NCBI GenBank assembly: GCA_021613535.1
Contig: CP075493.1
Location: 6,510,001-6,574,000, forward strand
Reading direction: 5' to 3'
DNA from: Adineta vaga
Taxonomy: Eukaryota > Animalia > Rotifera
Length of the DNA: 64,000 nt
Shown here in pieces: positions 26,094 through 39,436 of the stretch. Made by a program: the position numbers and the translations under genes. The notes beneath the pieces were generated by a model. The model made no database searches, was not told the DNA's origin, and worked only from the letters and a program-made list of their open reading frames with translations. Within the stretch, counting starts at the first letter, position 1; each line of letters starts with the position of its first letter.

Positions 26094-28202
26094 ATGGCCA
26101 CAAACACACCCAATTCATCTGTATGTCAACTAATCTTTACAATTCTATGATCGTTACGATCCATGTTAATATTTCAGATCAATGACCAATGTATTATATG
26201 TTTGTCGTCATTTGGTATTCAAGTTGAACGAATACCACATAGATGTACAAATGTTAAATGCAATCGACAATTTTGTGCTCAATGTATAAATCAAATACAG
26301 ATTTATAATGGAAATGAACGGTCATTTCGATGTATGTATTGTCTACAAGACTATTCTGACAATTGTGTTCCTGAAGAAAATCAAGTGCTTATTGCGCAGT
26401 TATGGGATGAAATCCGAATGAGATATAATATTGATCACATACAAAATCTATTATTAAATCAATGTGATCAGAGAGATTTAAGTAATGATATCGATTGTAG
26501 ACGACGTCATTTAATGAATTTGGTAACGTTATATAAACGTTTCTGTGGTCGAACACAATTTCTTTTCACTGTTGAATATCTCGTCAATCAACTTACTGAA
26601 CTTCTTCATTATTTGAATAAAAATAATGAGAATAATTTACAAGAATGTAAAAATTTGTATCAACGACTTATTTCATCTGTAGTCGTGAATGACCATGATA
26701 TTGGATTATTATATATCAATCTCTGTGAACGTTTACAATTGGAAATATCCGAAGCTGAATATTGTAGTATGTTTCCCAAGATCAATACGAAAATGAATGA
26801 ATGGTTGCACGAACAAGGTTCAGCAAAAGGATTTCAACCAAAAATTCTCGAACTATTCCAAGCAATTGAACAGGATCTAATTAATCAATGGAATAATCCA
26901 TATCTAGCCACACGAACAAAAATTGGAGTGATTGGATTTATAGGTGTTGGAAAAAGTTCTCTAATTAATTATCTACTTGGAATCAAATCTTTAGCCAATG
27001 ATGATGCTGCACCTGTTTCCATGACAAAAGGTACTTATTTTCCTTTACAATTTGATCAAAAAGAACCACTGATTTCTCCGGATGATCCAAAGAAGAAAAC
27101 GTTAGTGACCTTTGTAGATATTCAAGGTGTTGATAAGAATAACTATGATTCAAGAAATGAAGAACAAGAAGATGTTTATTTAGAAGAAATTCGTAAAGTG
27201 AATTGTGATATTTATATTGTTGTTTATGATGAAAAGTTACGCGCTGAACAAGAAGAATGGATCAAATTTATTGAAGAATATTTAAAGCGAAAATGTGTTT
27301 TAGTGCGAACAAAAGTAGATATTTATTATCAAACAAAACTTCAAGAATATATGGATACAACCAGTATTGTTAATGAACAAAATAATTCACAAGCAGCAAT
27401 TCTTGAACAATTACGACTTGATAATTCTATAGAATCACGATTTGTTTTTCTTGTTGCTTGTGATTATTCTTTCAAGAAGAATGATATCACGTCATTTGAT
27501 TTTCCGCTCCTAATTAGAGAATTAGGGCGTTTAGCGTTCGATGCATGTTCTAATCGAATTCATGTATTAGCTCACCAAACTATGGCACGTGCTATTAATA
27601 CAAGTTTTCGTCGTGGTTATGTACTTAATGTTATGAAATATAAAGTTGCTGCTGGATTCGCTTCTATAATACCATTTGGTGATCAACTACCTCGTTATCT
27701 TTCTCGTGATAGTATTCGTGAAGCATTTGGTATTGATGATAATCTACGACAATATATAAAACAGTTTCATATTATTGTTTATAATTATAAATTACAAACT
27801 TCAGTATTCAAAGAATGTGTAGAAGTTAAAAATTTACAAAGGAATTCTAAATTCGATGCAAAATGGATCGGAAGAACAGCTGGTACTGCCTTAGTTGTGG
27901 GTGGTGGATTTACTGAAGATATTATTCGTGTTGCCGTTCCAGCTGCTACTGCCCTATCAGGTGCTGCACGTGCAGCATTGACAGTAGCTACGATCGGTAT
28001 TGGCATTGTTATTTCAGCTGGTGTTTCTGCTTGGTCAGCAGTTGATAGTGGAAAACATATATTTAGTTACATTAATCGAACATGTGATGATATTATTATG
28101 ATCACTAATCCATTAATTACCATAATCATTGAACGTGAACGAGAGAAAGCGTTTGGCAAAGATCATATAATTGCACTTACCAAAGAGCAAAACGTTTTAT
28201 AA
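26094..28202 (+). CDS. RING-like Zn finger fused to an immunity-related (IRG/IIGP, p47-like) GTPase with C-terminal hydrophobic helices
   Basis: Exon 1 is 26094-26120 (MATNTPNSS); one 2-kb exon follows at 26178-28202. N-terminal CIIC...CTNVKC...FCAQC...CMYC; G1 KIGVIGFIGVGKSSLINYLLG; G3 DIQG; G4 LVRTKVD; G5 VFLVAC; Gly/Ala-rich hydrophobic C-terminus. Confidence 0.75.
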
Positions 28203-28556
28203 GAAAGAGTTTATTTGGACTTTCTATTTTAAGACACTTCATTGTAATTCTTTCGATTGTAACGTGTTCGTTGGATGTAGTTCTGTCTATCAACAATTAA
28301 GATTTCATTAAATTATTTATCAATATACTATCAATATAATAATATCAGAAATATTTCTCAACTATAGATCAAAGTCTTCACTGACTCAACGTGTAAAATT
28401 TATTGTAAAATCTTTCTGTCGATATCAATCTATCTTTTGTCTACATAGTACTGGTTTACCAAGTTCCATTTAGATATAGAGGCAAATAATACATCAGCAT
28501 CTCTAGATCAATGTCGACCTCGAGCCAATTTTCTCTTACTTTTCGACAGGCACAAT

Positions 28557-28737
28557 TAGGGATGCAACAAATCTAAAGACTTGGATTTCTTTAGAAAGAT
28601 TTGGATTTGGATCTCAGATGTCAGGAATGCATGTCACTTTGATATTAGTGAGTTCACATGTAAAATCCAAACCAAAACCCAGATCCAAAGAATTGGGTAC
28701 CAAATCCAAATCTTCACTAGGATTTGTTGCACCCCTA
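28557..28737. mobile_element. Non-autonomous hAT-type DNA transposon (MITE), 181 bp
   Basis: TIRs TAGGGATGCAACAAATC (28557) and GATTTGTTGCACCCCTA (ending 28737) match at 16/17. Flanking 8-bp TSD GGCACAAT / GGAACAAT matches at 7/8. Subterminal inverted TTGGATTT / AAATCCAA repeats. Confidence 0.88.
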
Positions 28738-29087
28738 GGAACAATAAATATCCGTTCAAATAACTTTCAACTAACAGAAGAAGAATCAAGAACAAGTACG
28801 TAGTTATGCAGGTCAATAAAACAAATGCAAATACGAATAGGAAAAGAAACGACGTACTCTCTTCTTTGTAAATAAATCTTCGTATTGAAATATTCGTTTC
28901 TATAGATATGACCTGAATTTTCAGTATCTTCAATGATATTACTAGAAAGCATGAATACTCATGATAATTGAATTTATACGTATATCTATGGATTTGTTCT
29001 AAAATACGATTATTCACACAATCAAAAACATATGTTTCTTTAAAAAAAATACATCATTTGATATCAAAAACAAAAAATGATTTATTT

Positions 29088-31214
29088 TTAATTTCGACTT
29101 TGTTTAGTTGAGAAACTTCGATTGAATGAATTATTTGGTGATACTGGACATAATAAACGTTTGAATGCTGTTCGAAATTCCACATTAAAAATAGTATAAA
29201 TTAATGGATTACATGCACTATTCATATAACCAAGCCAAAGAATTAATGTTGGCAATGGTTCTTCCAAATATGAATAAACTTCAATAAACGCTGATAAAAT
29301 ATACACAACAAAGAAAGGTAACCAACAAAGAAGAAATACACTGATAATAATTCCAAGTGTTCGAGATAATCGACGTTCACGTGTTAAAGAAATCTTTTGT
29401 CGTTCATTCATTAATGCAGCTAAACTTTTGCCTTTGAAAAGACTTCGACGACCAGCATCTCTCGATGAACGCAAGGGTTTATTTAACAATTCTGTTGTTT
29501 GAACAGCAGCATGTTGCTGTTGTGGTGGTTGACCTGTTGAACTATTTTCATGTTCATTTTCATCGATTTTACATTGATCGAATAGAGGACTTGTTGGTTG
29601 ATCATTATCTAGACACAGAGATTTTTTTCATTCTTCTAGATTTCATACAACAAAACAACTTAGGAAATAAATGTCTAATTTTCAATCGCAAAAAAAAGGT
29701 TAGTTTAGTAAGCGAAATGATCTCAATTATCGAAGAAAGATTGTTAAAGAATTCAATTAACTATAACAATAAACAAGAAAAATACCATGGAATTTCTGAC
29801 AGATATTATTTTTATAAATACATACAGTAAAACGGAACTGTTTGATAGGAAAAGGATTCAATTGTCTGTTATGATAAGAGCGAAAAATATGAGGGTTTTC
29901 TTTTCCTGCAGTTATAGAAGATTTTAAATAATAAAAGGTTTTTCAATTAACTTCTTTTCCTCAACTTATTTTCCATTCGAATTACTTTACTATAAATATG
30001 TAAACATATAGACATTTATCTATGACAATACTTACTTATTGAAAGTATTGTATTCTCATTGCGCCTGATTACTTCGGGTGTATGAATCGTTTTTGTCTGG
30101 CACTGGCCTAAATGATTGTTATTTGATAATAATAGTATTTTTGAGTGTATTGTTTCGTCAGCATCATCCGTACTAGGATTGTCTGCACCACTACCATTTG
30201 ATGCTGTTGATTTAAATGATCTATCATTAGTTTGAAGAGTCGCTGTTCTATAGACCTGTTTTTTACGATGATTATGATGATGTTGATGAGGATTATATTT
30301 CAAGCTATTGTTTGTTGTTGTTACATTATTTGGGGATGATTGATCAGGATTATTCCGACGTGTTGCATTAGCTAATTTGGCTGCCGCTAAAAATAGCAGA
30401 AAATCTCTTTAGAATAGAATAAAGATATGTGTTGAAATAATCTAACCATTAGCTCGTTCACGAAATCTCTTTTTTGTTTCGATAAAAACATGAGCATAAA
30501 CGATTGTCATAATTAATGCAGGAATATAGAATGATCCACATGCTGAGTAAATAACATATGCTTTATTTCTTGACAATTCACATTGCTGTAAATCATTAAA
30601 ATTTTGTAATTCACGTGATCCAAGTATGGTTGCTATCATTGGCGGAACTGATATCGTTGCTGATAAAAGCCACACAAGCATAATCAGAAAAAGAACACGT
30701 CGAATTGTTCGTTGACGAGCATATTGTATCGGATCACTTATGGCCCAGTAACGATCAAGCTAGAAAAAAAGTAGAATGAACAAAGAAAATGAAAGGAAAA
30801 AAAAGAAAGAATTCTTACTGCAATAGCACAGAGATTTAATATTGATGATGTACATAGAAGTACATCTGATGTAACAAATATTTGACAAAACATTTTCCCA
30901 AAAATCCATCGTTTGAGTATATGTGTAACAATATGAAATGGCATGACCATAATAGCAACAAACATATCAGAAAAAGCAAGTGAGACAATGAAAAAATTTT
31001 GTACAGTTCGTAATGGTCGAAATGTAAAGACAGATAGAATAACAAGAATATTTCCACAAATACATAAAACAACAATACTAGAAAGAACAAAGGCAACAGG
31101 TAATGCTTTAACTAATGGCATTGGACGAATCGTTGTTGATGACGTGGATGCTGTTAGTGTTGTTGAATTGACTGATGTCAAAAAATTAAATGTTGGAGAA
31201 GGATAATCTGCCAT
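29088..31214 (-). CDS. Biogenic amine GPCR, tyramine/octopamine receptor (Oct-TyrR/TAR1-like)
   Basis: [30 protein letters not shown]; TM3 [16 protein letters not shown]|LDRYWAI; TM5 [13 protein letters not shown]; long ICL3; [18 protein letters not shown]...CWLPFF; NPLIY. First in-frame ATG is 31214; the frame is open back to an acceptor-like AG near 31373, so an upstream exon is possible. Confidence 0.88.
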
Positions 31215-34200
31215 TTTTGAATCACTGGATGATATAAAATACCAATCGAGACTACTACTATTTAATGATAGAAGATGATTATCAACAGAATTACCATTTG
31301 ATAAACCGAAATTTGGTAAATATAAATTTTCAACTTCGCTGTGATGAATAGAAATTGTTAATGGCAGATGCACTATGGAAAAATAGAGAGAGAGAGAGAT
31401 GTTATTTTTTGTTCGTCTTCTTTTTGTTCTCCTTCGTCTTCTTCTTCTTGTTTTCTATTATATCAAATGATGAAAACTATAGACATTGCTTCTTTGTCAA
31501 ATGTCATTAAAAAGTTTTATGAAAGGTTTCCTAGTGCAAAATCGAAACGTATAATACAATGTATTCATCTCATTTCCGATAGATTTCATGAGTCGAACAT
31601 CTCTAAAACTGTCACCTAGCTTTCGATGAGTTGAAGCAAGTGGAACTCGTTTGAAATTAATAACTTCTAATGATCTATCTACGTCCGGTAAATTGTTCTG
31701 ATTTCTAAGAAAAAAGATATAAAAGAAAGACTTTTCTTTTCATTTTTATAAAGAATAATTTCAATTGATAACGATCAACTAAGTGACTCGTTTATTTACA
31801 TATTGATAAATACTTCGCAATACAGTTATCTGTATTTCTAAATACAATTTCGTGACAAAGATCATAGTTTTCGTATTTTAGTTTAATCCCTTAGAATTCT
31901 CTGCTATTCGCATGATCTATTGAGTCCTTGACATTTCCCTCTTTTATATTTTCACCATCTGTTCTTCAGTCTTAGATCATGGATTCTCTTCATTGATCAA
32001 AAAAGAAAACAAGAATAACTAAGGACAAAAGAAGATTAACACAAACAAAACACTCCATATTGATAAATGTCATTCAAATAAATAATAATCTCATTTTTTT
32101 TCTGTCTCAAAACTCCTCATTTTCTTTTCCCATTGTCCTATGGAATTTGTTTAACACATATACATTGGGGAATTGAATGGACTTGCTTAACTAATCTATT
32201 CGATTTTTCATGTAGTTTTTCTTTTTTAATTGAATAAATCTATGAAAACACAGAGCTAAGTTTTTGATATACATTTATCTCGGCATGAGAATTCTTCGTT
32301 AAAGATTGAAGTTTACTTAATCAAAAGATGAAAGGAGGGACGGATATTTACTGAGAAGGTGAAATAGGAAAAACATACTTTACATTTTAATTGATTTTAG
32401 TTCTTTTTCTATTTCAATATGTACACATTTGTTTCTGATGTAATTCTCGTTTGAATAAAGTCAAGAAATAGTCAGAGAAAAAAAAAACTTCTACTTTTTT
32501 CTTCGTCTTCTTCCTCTTCTTCTTGTGAATCCCTGTTATAGCTGTCTCTAACACACACTATTTTTTTGATAAGTGCCATTAAAAAAACATGACGAAAGAA
32601 ATACTTTTTATCTCAGAACGTGTCATATAATATTTACTATTACACATTCAGTCACGCACTAACACCTGAAGGCTTGTCGATGTTAAATGTAGCGCAAATC
32701 AGTGTCGATATAAATCTTATTTTCATTGTTTGACTCAATGGACGAATAAAACTATCATACGTATGTTAGATAAAAGTCAAATGATTACAACTTGCTTTTG
32801 TCCTATTTAATATTTTAGGAATGTCATGCACTGGATAGATGTCAAGAAAGAATTGAAGTCGAGAGCAACAAATTGAGACAGATAATCAAAGAAGGCAGAA
32901 AAGAAATCTCTAATCGAACAGGCTAAGTGGCTGTATATGATAGTGGCATTGTTGATTGGACTAGTTTTCGTCTATAAGTTCACAATATTTTCCTCATTTT
33001 TTCTCTCGTCATAGAATAAAGATGTATGCGGGAACGGGTACTTGCCGTTGTTTACACTATGTCAATAGGAGTTACAACTTGTTCAGTCGCACTTATGTAT
33101 GCACCAATGATGAATAAGAATTTCTTTATCTCATCCGTTCTTTCATCTTCTTCATCCTCACTAATTCAGTTCTGAAATGAGAAATCAGAAGACGAAGAAG
33201 AAGAAGAAAAGAGCAACGCATTAATCCATTACTTTACCTTCGGACGGCTGAGGAATTAATACAAATAGTTGTAAGAAAGTGATTTTTAAATATTATTTAA
33301 CGCTCCGTCGAAAGAGAATCTTTTCTTTTTATAAGAAGAAAAGAAAAAAAGGAGACTTCGTTACGAGCATTAAATAGAAATATGAACTCGACAAATAGAC
33401 ATTTTTCTTTCTCTTTTTTAAAACTCACTCTTAAAAAATAAAACGGAAATTATTGCAACATGCTGCTTTTCATTCAAAATCTTCGCTAAGATCGTCATAG
33501 TATGAAAAATATTGTTCTTATCACTGAAAATGATCATTATACCTAATGAAAAAAACATAATTATCATCGCAATGAACAGACAATTTACCGCAAGGAAGCC
33601 TTTTCTTCAATATGACAATTAATTAACTATAGTTTATCTTTGATTATAATAAAATAATATTTATTTATTGTAGAAAAGATGTCGTAGAAGTGAAACTTAC
33701 TGATTGTTTGCTTTTGCCGATAGGATTACCAGTTTGTTAGAGAAATAAGAGGAACTAATGCATTAAAGGAATATTTAGTCATGTTTATATATAATCTAAA
33801 TAATCGACAGAAACATTATATATATATATAAAACAAAATGATTTGAAAAAAATGCAAATTCAAAGAAGAATAATGACGATGATGTTATATTCCCCAAGTA
33901 GATTACTAACGCGACGTGCACGTTCTGATGATTTCGTGTCTATACTTACATTTGTTGAATATAATAGAAATTCATTGAAATGCGCATTTATTAGACTAAT
34001 AAAAGAAGAAAATATCATTGTTATAATCTTAAATTTTTAATTACAATGAATTTTGATGTTAATAATTAGAAGATCTGTATGTATATTTATAAAATATTTT
34101 CTTTGTTGAATTAGATTTTGATTAAATAAAAAAAGAATCTGTTGAAATGAAATCCCTATTGATTATAGTCTGTAACAAAGGAAGCATCTAACTTAGTAAG

Positions 34201-36527
34201 AAGATAGAAGTGCATCTTTTCAGAATATTAATATTTTTCAACTTCTATATATACTCTTCTCGAGAGAGACAAACAAATTTGTTTGGACTTTTCTTTTTTT
34301 TCCCTAAAACTCGGAAATTTCTTCGTAGTCGAATAGAATTTACTAACATCCTTTTTCTTTGTTCGAAGAATTAATATAACTAAAAGCAGATATTTTCCAT
34401 TACTGAGCGAATAGTCGTGATCGTCTAATAACATCATAAAAAATCTCATTCGTAGCTAAGTATAGTATATGTAGATACAAGCCAAAAAGAAAAAGAACGG
34501 TTTCTCAAGATAATCTTGTTTGTATACAGACCGAATTGTTCTCTCTTTTCTTCTGTTTGTCTGTCTCTCTCGATACATATACGGCTGTTCTCTCAACTGG
34601 AAGTTCGGATGCGAAAGAAAAACTATAATAATCATACAATAGAGTTTGTCTTTTCAAGGTTCTCGTTGTTTTCATGATTTTCATTCATTTTCAGTTGTCT
34701 AAACGAATAACATAATAAATAATTTAAACTAATCGTCAAAATTTACTTCATTAACAATCAAATAACCTCGTTGATTATTTGCACTTTTCTTCGGATGAAA
34801 AAAGGGAAAATATGTACATGTATTTAATCAGATCGTACCTACCATTTGATTTTGCATAATTATCTGTCTCATTTATTCTAAGAGTTAAACAGTAGGATAT
34901 CAGAGACAGATGGGCAATATAATAATAAGATAACGAAGTGAGTTGTCTATTGCTAGTTTATTCTCTTACACATGTTGTTTTCTTTTTAATACGTATAATT
35001 ATGGATAAATTTGTCGATGTTGTGTCTTGTCACATAACATCGCTCATTGATTTGCTTTCTTGTTCTTTCTATTTCTCGTCATCATGATCATCATCACTCT
35101 TCATCTATTCATGAACTCGCTTTTGGCATACAGGAAATATGAAACGACATTCCAATACGACACAAAGCAAATAAGATGATTTTTGAAAAAAAATAAAGAA
35201 TAAGCATAATTGATTTGTTGTTGTTTTGATGCAATAAAATACAAGAGAAAAAGGAGAAAATATTCTTCTGTAGTTTCAAGAAGAATATCTGTATATTTAC
35301 ATATTTATTGAGTCGATTCATTGACATGCAATGAATATCTAAAAACAAAAAGAGAGTCAATCATATGTACATCTGAACAACGAACTATCAAAAATCGCTA
35401 AGTAAAAATGAATCAATTCATTCTGTCATCAAAACACGTATATTTCTACCGATTTAATACAACTATTAATCATCAATTAAAAAGACATTAACAGATTCAC
35501 TGTTTTATTCATAACAAGGAAATGTGTCAATAACTAGTAGATGTAATTTTCTCATGAGCTGCTTAAGTTAAGATATTTGTAAATAAGCATTCGTACAAAA
35601 TGTACTTGACATATTAAGAATGTTACCATGTGAATTCTATGGTTCTTATCCTTTATTTTTAATCACGAAAAGCTTTATCGAGACAAACAAACAAAAGTCT
35701 GAATTATATTCCAAGAAGCATAAATTTTCTCAAAGAGAAAGTTATTATATTGCTCTCATTCACGCTAAATATATCCTACTACTCTTTTTTCCTAAGTCAA
35801 CATTGTTTTATCAATGGCGATGACTTAGATTCTCTTGAGAACAGAGAAAAAAATACCTTTGTCTTAAAACTTTATTGTGAACGACCCGTCTCTTACAATC
35901 ATATGATGAAGATGAAACGAATAAGAAATAAAAGAAAATAATAATAAGAGAAATGTTAGGAGTGAAGCAACGTATTTTAAGTATTTATATGCGGAATAAA
36001 AGATGGGCAAGGAAGCGATATGAGATGCTACAGTAGATTGCGAAAGATGATATGACGAGTTAATAAAAACTATAGAACTCTATATTAGAAAACTGATCAA
36101 TAAGAGGAAACAACAATCAAAAAACAGACGATGAATAAAAAATGAAGGATAGTAATTACAGAACGGAACTAGTCAAGGTAATGTGTGCTATAAATTTGTG
36201 ATGAAAATCAAATAGAGAGAAGTTTTTCGATGTCCAGCTTTTCAATTCATACTTCTTTATCGTCATCAAAGATGAATTATCTAAATGTTATTCGGTACTA
36301 ACAATTAACAGTATATGCAATTATATATCGCGCATATCGAAATTCATTTTTCCATTACATATGGTATAATAGACATTCCGTATAAAAGATGTCGCTTTTG
36401 AATACTCTTTTGAGGTTAATGTCAAGGCAATAACTTGTTTATGACTTTTATAAGTTTTTATAATTACATGTCAAATCAAACATAAGTGAAAATAAAGTTG
36501 TGACTATTATTATTTTACGATATTCAA

Positions 36528-37558
36528 ATGTCTGATTCCGAAGGTGAAACATATGAAAAACAAGTTAAAATTGTACTTATTGGTGATGGAAGTTCTGGAA
36601 AAGTAAATAATTCTATCTTCAAATGACTTTTTTTTCTCATGTAATAATTCTACTGATTTAGACATCGATTACAGAACGATTTTCGAAAGATGCATTTAAT
36701 CGTGAATATAATCAAACATTAGGAATTGATTATTATTTAAAACGAATTAACTTAACACGTAAAACAAATTCTGTTATAATAAAATTTAAATGTAGGTTCT
36801 TTATCGATTTTAGGTACGTACAATGTAACATTAGCCGTGAATGATGTTGGTGGACAAACGCTAGGTGGCGCTATGCTAGACAAATATATATTCGGCGCAG
36901 ATGTAAAATAAAATAAATACTCTTTGAATGCATCTAATTTTCTCTTTTTTTAGATTGTTTTACTCGTTTATGATATAACAAATTTACAAAGTTTCGAGAA
37001 TCTCGACGATTGGTATCATACTGTAACAAAATATTGTGCTAGTCGAAAACCATTGTTCGCACTTGTTGGTAATAAAAGTAAGTCGTACTTATGAATGCAA
37101 GTCTCTAGAGCATTTATCATATTAAAAAGTGAATGAAAGATAAGAAATGATGTTATTTCATGTTAATCTAGTTTATATGAGATTATGATGATGTTTTGAA
37201 AGAGAATTAGAAATATCTATTAGTAAATATTTGTTTCAACGAGATGTTCATGTTGGTTTTTTTTGTAGGTGATCTTGAACATTTACGTGCAGTTAAAGCT
37301 GAAAAACATTATCAATTTACTAAAGAGAGAGATATGTTATCATATTTTGTGTCGGCTAAAACTGGTGAATCTGTAGAGAATTTATTTCGTCAAGTAACAG
37401 CAAGTTTAATGCATGTTGTCTTACCAAAAAATGATCAGGATGCAACACGCATTATTAAAGCACCAATTTTACGACAAGAATCTCAAAATGTTATTCCATT
37501 AAGTACAACTCCAGCAAAAGCAAGTCATACGCGTACATCAATTTGCAATGTTCAATAA
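36528..37558 (+). CDS. RAB28: Ras-related protein Rab-28
   Basis: [25 protein letters not shown]|TS...[16 protein letters not shown]...[19 protein letters not shown]...LVGNK.DLEH...VSAKTGE, ending in a CaaX box CNVQ*. The GGQTxGG motif is Rab28-typical. Five exons. Confidence 0.93.
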
Positions 37559-39363
37559 TAAGCGTTCTTTTTCGTAAAATCCTATTGAAGATATATAGTG
37601 CAATACAGTTTGTGAATTTTAATGAGAAAAAATAGTGACTTGTACGCAATATAGAGTTTACAATTTATTTTAAAATAAAAATTTCTATATAAAAGAGATT
37701 AAATACGATGTCTCATCAGTTATAGGCTATATTAATAGATTAGTGTACCCTTGATAGCTAAATATACTTAACTCAATATGCAATAAAGATGACGAAAAAA
37801 TGGATATGAACATATTGAATAAAGCAAATTCAATGACTGCATGAATTTGAAGTACAATTAAAAAAAGGTCTTTGTTCAAAGTCATTTATTATGTGAAAGG
37901 ATCAATCAGTAAATTTATTAGATAACAGGCTTAGATACAGTATGTCGTTGAATGAATAAATCAGTAAATATATAAATTTAATACATTAAAAATAGAATAT
38001 TTGTGTTTTGTTTTTGTATAAAGTTTTACTCACGAACTGCTATTGAGCTTTTAAAACTAACATTTGATATTCGAACAAGTATTTTGACTAGTAAACATAA
38101 TATAGACAACTTTCATTGAAGTATTTGAGTGCATCTATTAATAAATTACTACAGTCACAATAATAGATGTGTAAAATATTTATGAACATGCCACAAAGAG
38201 AATATTTAGACGTTTTAATCAAAGTATCTAAAAAAAGAAAATACATATTTTCTTTTCTTTTGTTAAAAATTATATTTAACATTGGAAGTAAATTTTCATA
38301 GACATGTACATGTCTCAGCTTGATGTCTACTTCTGTCCGGGAATGCATCGACACCGTGGATGAAAGTGAAAATGAGACTGCAAAACGAAGTAACTTTCAT
38401 TACATGCTAGTCATCATCATCATACGGAAGAAACACAGCAAGATATCGTCACTGTTGATGGCACCATTTACACCTGCATATGTATAAATAATAGCAGCAA
38501 GTCTAATTGTCTTATATGACATGAGAAGCGAAATTATCAGTCTTATTGCGTAAATAAATTCTCAACATTCAATTATATTTATTAAAAAATTCAAAGTACG
38601 ACATCCGTCGTTCTCAAAAAAAACAATTTATCAGATTTCTTTTGTTGTTTTAACTTCAAATTTGATTGACTAGAAACAAAGAATGACATACGTCAAAATT
38701 TCATGACAGATGTGATAGAATTCATTGAAAGCAAAGAATAATAATTGATCACACCTTTAGTAGCATTAAAAATATGTGCGAAACCTACCGCTATAAAAAG
38801 TGTACTTGAATAACTGACAGTGAGTGTTCATTTTGTTTTCAAAGGATTTGACAGTAAGAAGCAATCGTGATTATTTCGACATTTTGAAGAAAAGCATCGA
38901 AAACAAATTAAAGCAAACATTTAAACGAATCTCAAATTAGAAAATCCTATTTTTAGCTACTGATATTTCAAGAAAAAAAATATAAATATGAGTACATGCG
39001 TCTTAAAGTCATTCAAGAGACATCATTTCTCTTTACATTTATATCAAAATATTCTATTGTCGTACGTTATTATACAAATCATATTCTCTCAATCAATTAG
39101 CAATCAATAAACGATAAGAACATTTTGTACAAACGATTTTGTCTCTCTTCTCATAGGAGAAAGAGCTAGCCGAGGCTAACGATATACACTTATCAACTGA
39201 CATATTTCATTAGACATTACTGATGAATCAAAAGATACGTTAAAGCAAAAGAGAAAAAGAAATTAATGACGTAAAAATCATTCGACCATAGGAGTAGATC
39301 ATTATTGATAATTAAAATTAAACGAAAAAGAAAAATGTCATAATTGACCTTTGTATCTATCTT

Positions 39364-39436
39364 ATTGGTATTCGTATCTTTTGCTATTCTTCATCCAATG
39401 AGCAATTTTATTTTCATTAATTATTTCTCAACCAAT
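39364..39436. promoter_or_regulatory. Cluster of three CCAAT boxes upstream of FoxQ2
   Basis: ATTGG at 39364, CCAAT at 39395 and CCAAT at 39432, spaced 31-37 bp apart, about 200-270 bp upstream of the ATG. Confidence 0.3.

Noticed and set aside
27785-28006. Antisense Ala/Val-rich ORF inside the GTPase gene, and similar shadow ORFs (10421-10735, 43059-43535, 30943-31206, 56461-56682)
   Set aside because: They overlap well-supported genes on the opposite strand and show no independent coding signal.
26009-28506. 10-bp inverted repeat CTAGAGATGC (26009-26018) / GCATCTCTAG (28497-28506) bracketing the RING-GTPase gene, resembling hAT termini (possible gene capture)
   Set aside because: No target-site duplication, the match does not extend inward, and a 10-bp match is plausible by chance over flanks of this size.
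28581-29017. Several overlapping short ORFs
   Set aside because: They arise from the MITE's repetitive sequence and adjacent UTR; no transposase motifs.
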